From Pseudomonadota bacterium (GTDB lineage Bacteria; Desulfobacterota; Syntrophia; Syntrophales; UBA5619), in assembly GCA_018896355.1 (NCBI GenBank), contig JAHIMW010000115.1, positions 1-43,905 of the forward strand: DNA of 43,905 nucleotides, written 5' to 3'. Position numbers and translations under genes: made by a program. Each line of letters begins with the position of its first letter. Within the stretch, counting starts at the first letter, position 1. The notes below the pieces were generated by a model. The model ran no database searches and was not told where the DNA came from. It saw nothing but the letters and a program-made list of their open reading frames with translations. This document shows, in pieces, positions 42,303-43,905 of the stretch.

Positions 42303-43905
42303 ATGAAACGGACCGAGATTAATATCACTGGAATCGTTCAAGGAATTGGCTTCAGACCCTTTATCTATAATTTAGCGAGAAGGTATTCTATTCGAGGATG
42401 GGTACTAAACAACGAAAAGGGGGTTTTGATCGATGCCGAAAGCGAAGATGGAAACCTTGACCTCTTCTTAAAAGATATTTCCAGACTTGCCCCTCCCTTA
42501 GCCCGGATTGAAACGTTCGACGTCAGATGTCTCGTCCCTCTGAACTACACCACTTTCGAAATCAGAAAAAGCGAGGAAGTTCAGGATAAATTCGTCCTCA
42601 TCTCTCCTGATGTGGCAACATGTGATCAATGTCTCACCGAGCTTTTCTCACCGCAAAACTTTCGTTATCGATACCCATTTATCAATTGTACCCTCTGTGG
42701 TCCAAGATTTACGATTATTCAGGATATCCCGTATGATCGGCACAAAACGACCATGGCTCCTTTTAAGATGTGTCCTGTCTGCCAGGAGGAGTATGAAGAT
42801 CCGACGAATCGGCGTTTTCATGCCCAACCCAATGCCTGTCCTGCCTGTGGCCCCTCCCTTTGTCTGAAGGATCGAGATGGAAAAGAAGTTTTTGGAGATC
42901 CGATTGAGAAAACCCTGGATCTGCTCGCCAAGGGAGAGATCGTGGCGATCAAAGGCCTGGGGGGATTCCACCTGGCATGTGATGCAAAAAATCAAGAAGC
43001 TGTTTCCTCTTTGAGGTCCCGAAAGTTTAGAGAAGGCAAGCCCTTTGCTGTGATGTGCCGGAATATTGAAGCAGTAAAGGAACACTGTGAAATTAACAAA
43101 GAAGAGGAGAAGCTATTATTAAGTGTGGAAAGGCCGATTGTCATTCTGAGAAGAAAGGAAGATTCTTCAATCGCCCACGCTGTCGCTCCTCATCAGAATA
43201 CCCTCGGTGTCATGCTCCCCTACTCACCGCTTCACCATCTTCTCCTTGATGGTCTCATCAAGGCTTTAGTGATGACAAGTGGCAATGTGAGTGATGAACC
43301 CATCTCTTATAAAAATGAGGAGGCCTTTCACCGTCTCTCCAGGATCGCCGACTATTTCCTTTTTCATAATCGCGAGATTCACATGAGGTGCGATGATTCG
43401 GTGACAAGGATCATCGAAGGAAAACCCTATGTCCTTCGGAGGTCCAGAGGCTATGTCCCATTCCCTATCAAGCTCTCTTTTCCCCTTGAAATGATCCTGG
43501 CCTGTGGGGGCGAACTGAAAAATACCTTTTGTCTGACCCGCGGTCAATATGCTTTTATGAGTCATCACATTGGGGACCTTGAGAATTTAGAAACCCTCAC
43601 CTCTTTTGAAGAAGGAATCGAGCATTTTAAGAAGCTCTTCTACATCGAGCCAAAGGCAGTGGCGCATGATCTTCATCCGGATTATCTTTCTACCCAGTAT
43701 GCTCTATCGATTCAAGATCTTCCAAGAATCGGTGTCCAACATCACCATGCCCATATTGTCAGCGCGATGGTTGAAAATGGACTTGAAGGGGATGTGATCG
43801 GGGTTGCTATGGATGGGACAGGCTTTGGATTGGATGGAACCATCTGGGGAGGTGAATTTATAAAAGCTAATCTAAAAGATTTTGATCGATTAGCCCATCT
43901 GAAAA
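42303..43905 (+). CDS. hypF: Carbamoyltransferase HypF (5' partial; runs off the window end)
   Basis: Hand translation from the ATG at 42303 is open to the window edge. Acylphosphatase-like start: ITGIVQGIGFRPFIYNLA. Two zinc fingers: CDQC...CTLCGPRF and CPVC...CPACGPSL. YrdC-like: IVAIKGLGGFHLACDA. Then VMTSGNVSDEPI and HHHAH. It is absent from the ORF track because no stop lies in the window. Confidence 0.9.
   Translation, partial: MKRTEINITGIVQGIGFRPFIYNLARRYSIRGWVLNNEKGVLIDAESEDGNLDLFLKDISRLAPPLARIETFDVRCLVPLNYTTFEIRKSEEVQDKFVLISPDVATCDQCLTELFSPQNFRYRYPFINCTLCGPRFTIIQDIPYDRHKTTMAPFKMCPVCQEEYEDPTNRRFHAQPNACPACGPSLCLKDRDGKEVFGDPIEKTLDLLAKGEIVAIKGLGGFHLACDAKNQEAVSSLRSRKFREGKPFAVMCRNIEAVKEHCEINKEEEKLLLSVERPIVILRRKEDSSIAHAVAPHQNTLGVMLPYSPLHHLLLDGLIKALVMTSGNVSDEPISYKNEEAFHRLSRIADYFLFHNREIHMRCDDSVTRIIEGKPYVLRRSRGYVPFPIKLSFPLEMILACGGELKNTFCLTRGQYAFMSHHIGDLENLETLTSFEEGIEHFKKLFYIEPKAVAHDLHPDYLSTQYALSIQDLPRIGVQHHHAHIVSAMVENGLEGDVIGVAMDGTGFGLDGTIWGGEFIKANLKDFDRLAHLK

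Noticed and set aside
42610-43797. Track ORFs 42610..42867(+), 42648..43085(-), 43266..43568(-) and 43606..43797(+)
   Set aside because: All are out of frame with, or antisense to, the long open hypF frame starting at 42303. That frame carries the acylphosphatase, double zinc-finger, YrdC-like and Kae1-like signatures.

Overview
The window is a GC-rich bacterial chromosome segment, about 58-60% GC by eye. Its gene content looks Deltaproteobacteria/Desulfobacterota-like, but I cannot confirm taxonomy without a search.

Gene content, left to right:
- 230-1950: a lower-GC, partly decayed stretch. It holds tandem hairpins, two tiny overlapping ORFs and a sigma54 enhancer-binding-protein gene wrecked by two internal deletions.
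- 1999-9904: housekeeping and accessory genes. These are an EF-G paralog, a GerMN protein, an HD hydrolase, an acyl-CoA dehydrogenase, a LysM protein and a PP-loop ATPase.
- 10039-19089 (minus strand): an efflux operon ordered TolC-TolC-MFP-RND-small P-II-like protein-DUF4301. Its upstream end cuts into a 3-hydroxyisobutyrate-dehydrogenase gene remnant.
- 20546-35063: a 13-gene nuo (complex I) operon.
- 35321-37452: an OmpA-like lipoprotein and rlmN.
- From about 37.45 kb: a clearly AT-richer block with an iron-sulfur flavoprotein, a glutaredoxin-like gene, a periplasmic [NiFe] hydrogenase (small subunit, large subunit, protease) and the 5' two-thirds of hypF. hypF is also missing from the ORF track because it runs off the window.

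Main observations:
1. nuoE and nuoF are absent from the nuo operon. In their place is a GltD/SfrB-like FAD flavoprotein that keeps only the NuoF C-terminal 4Fe-4S domain. It is followed by an SfrA/NuoG-like subunit.
2. The glutaredoxin-like gene has an in-frame TGA at the first redox-motif position (UAWC) and a hairpin just downstream, so it is a probable selenoprotein. The ORF track does not show it.
3. A family of GTG-phased heptanucleotide tandem repeats with inverted arms occurs at three places. One copy is a 78-nt in-frame insertion inside the nuoG-like gene. One fills the unusually long nuoL-nuoM spacer. One supplies the stop codon of the RND pump gene.

No rRNA, tRNA, CRISPR array or recognisable transposase was seen. 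All family assignments come from motif reading, not from database searches.
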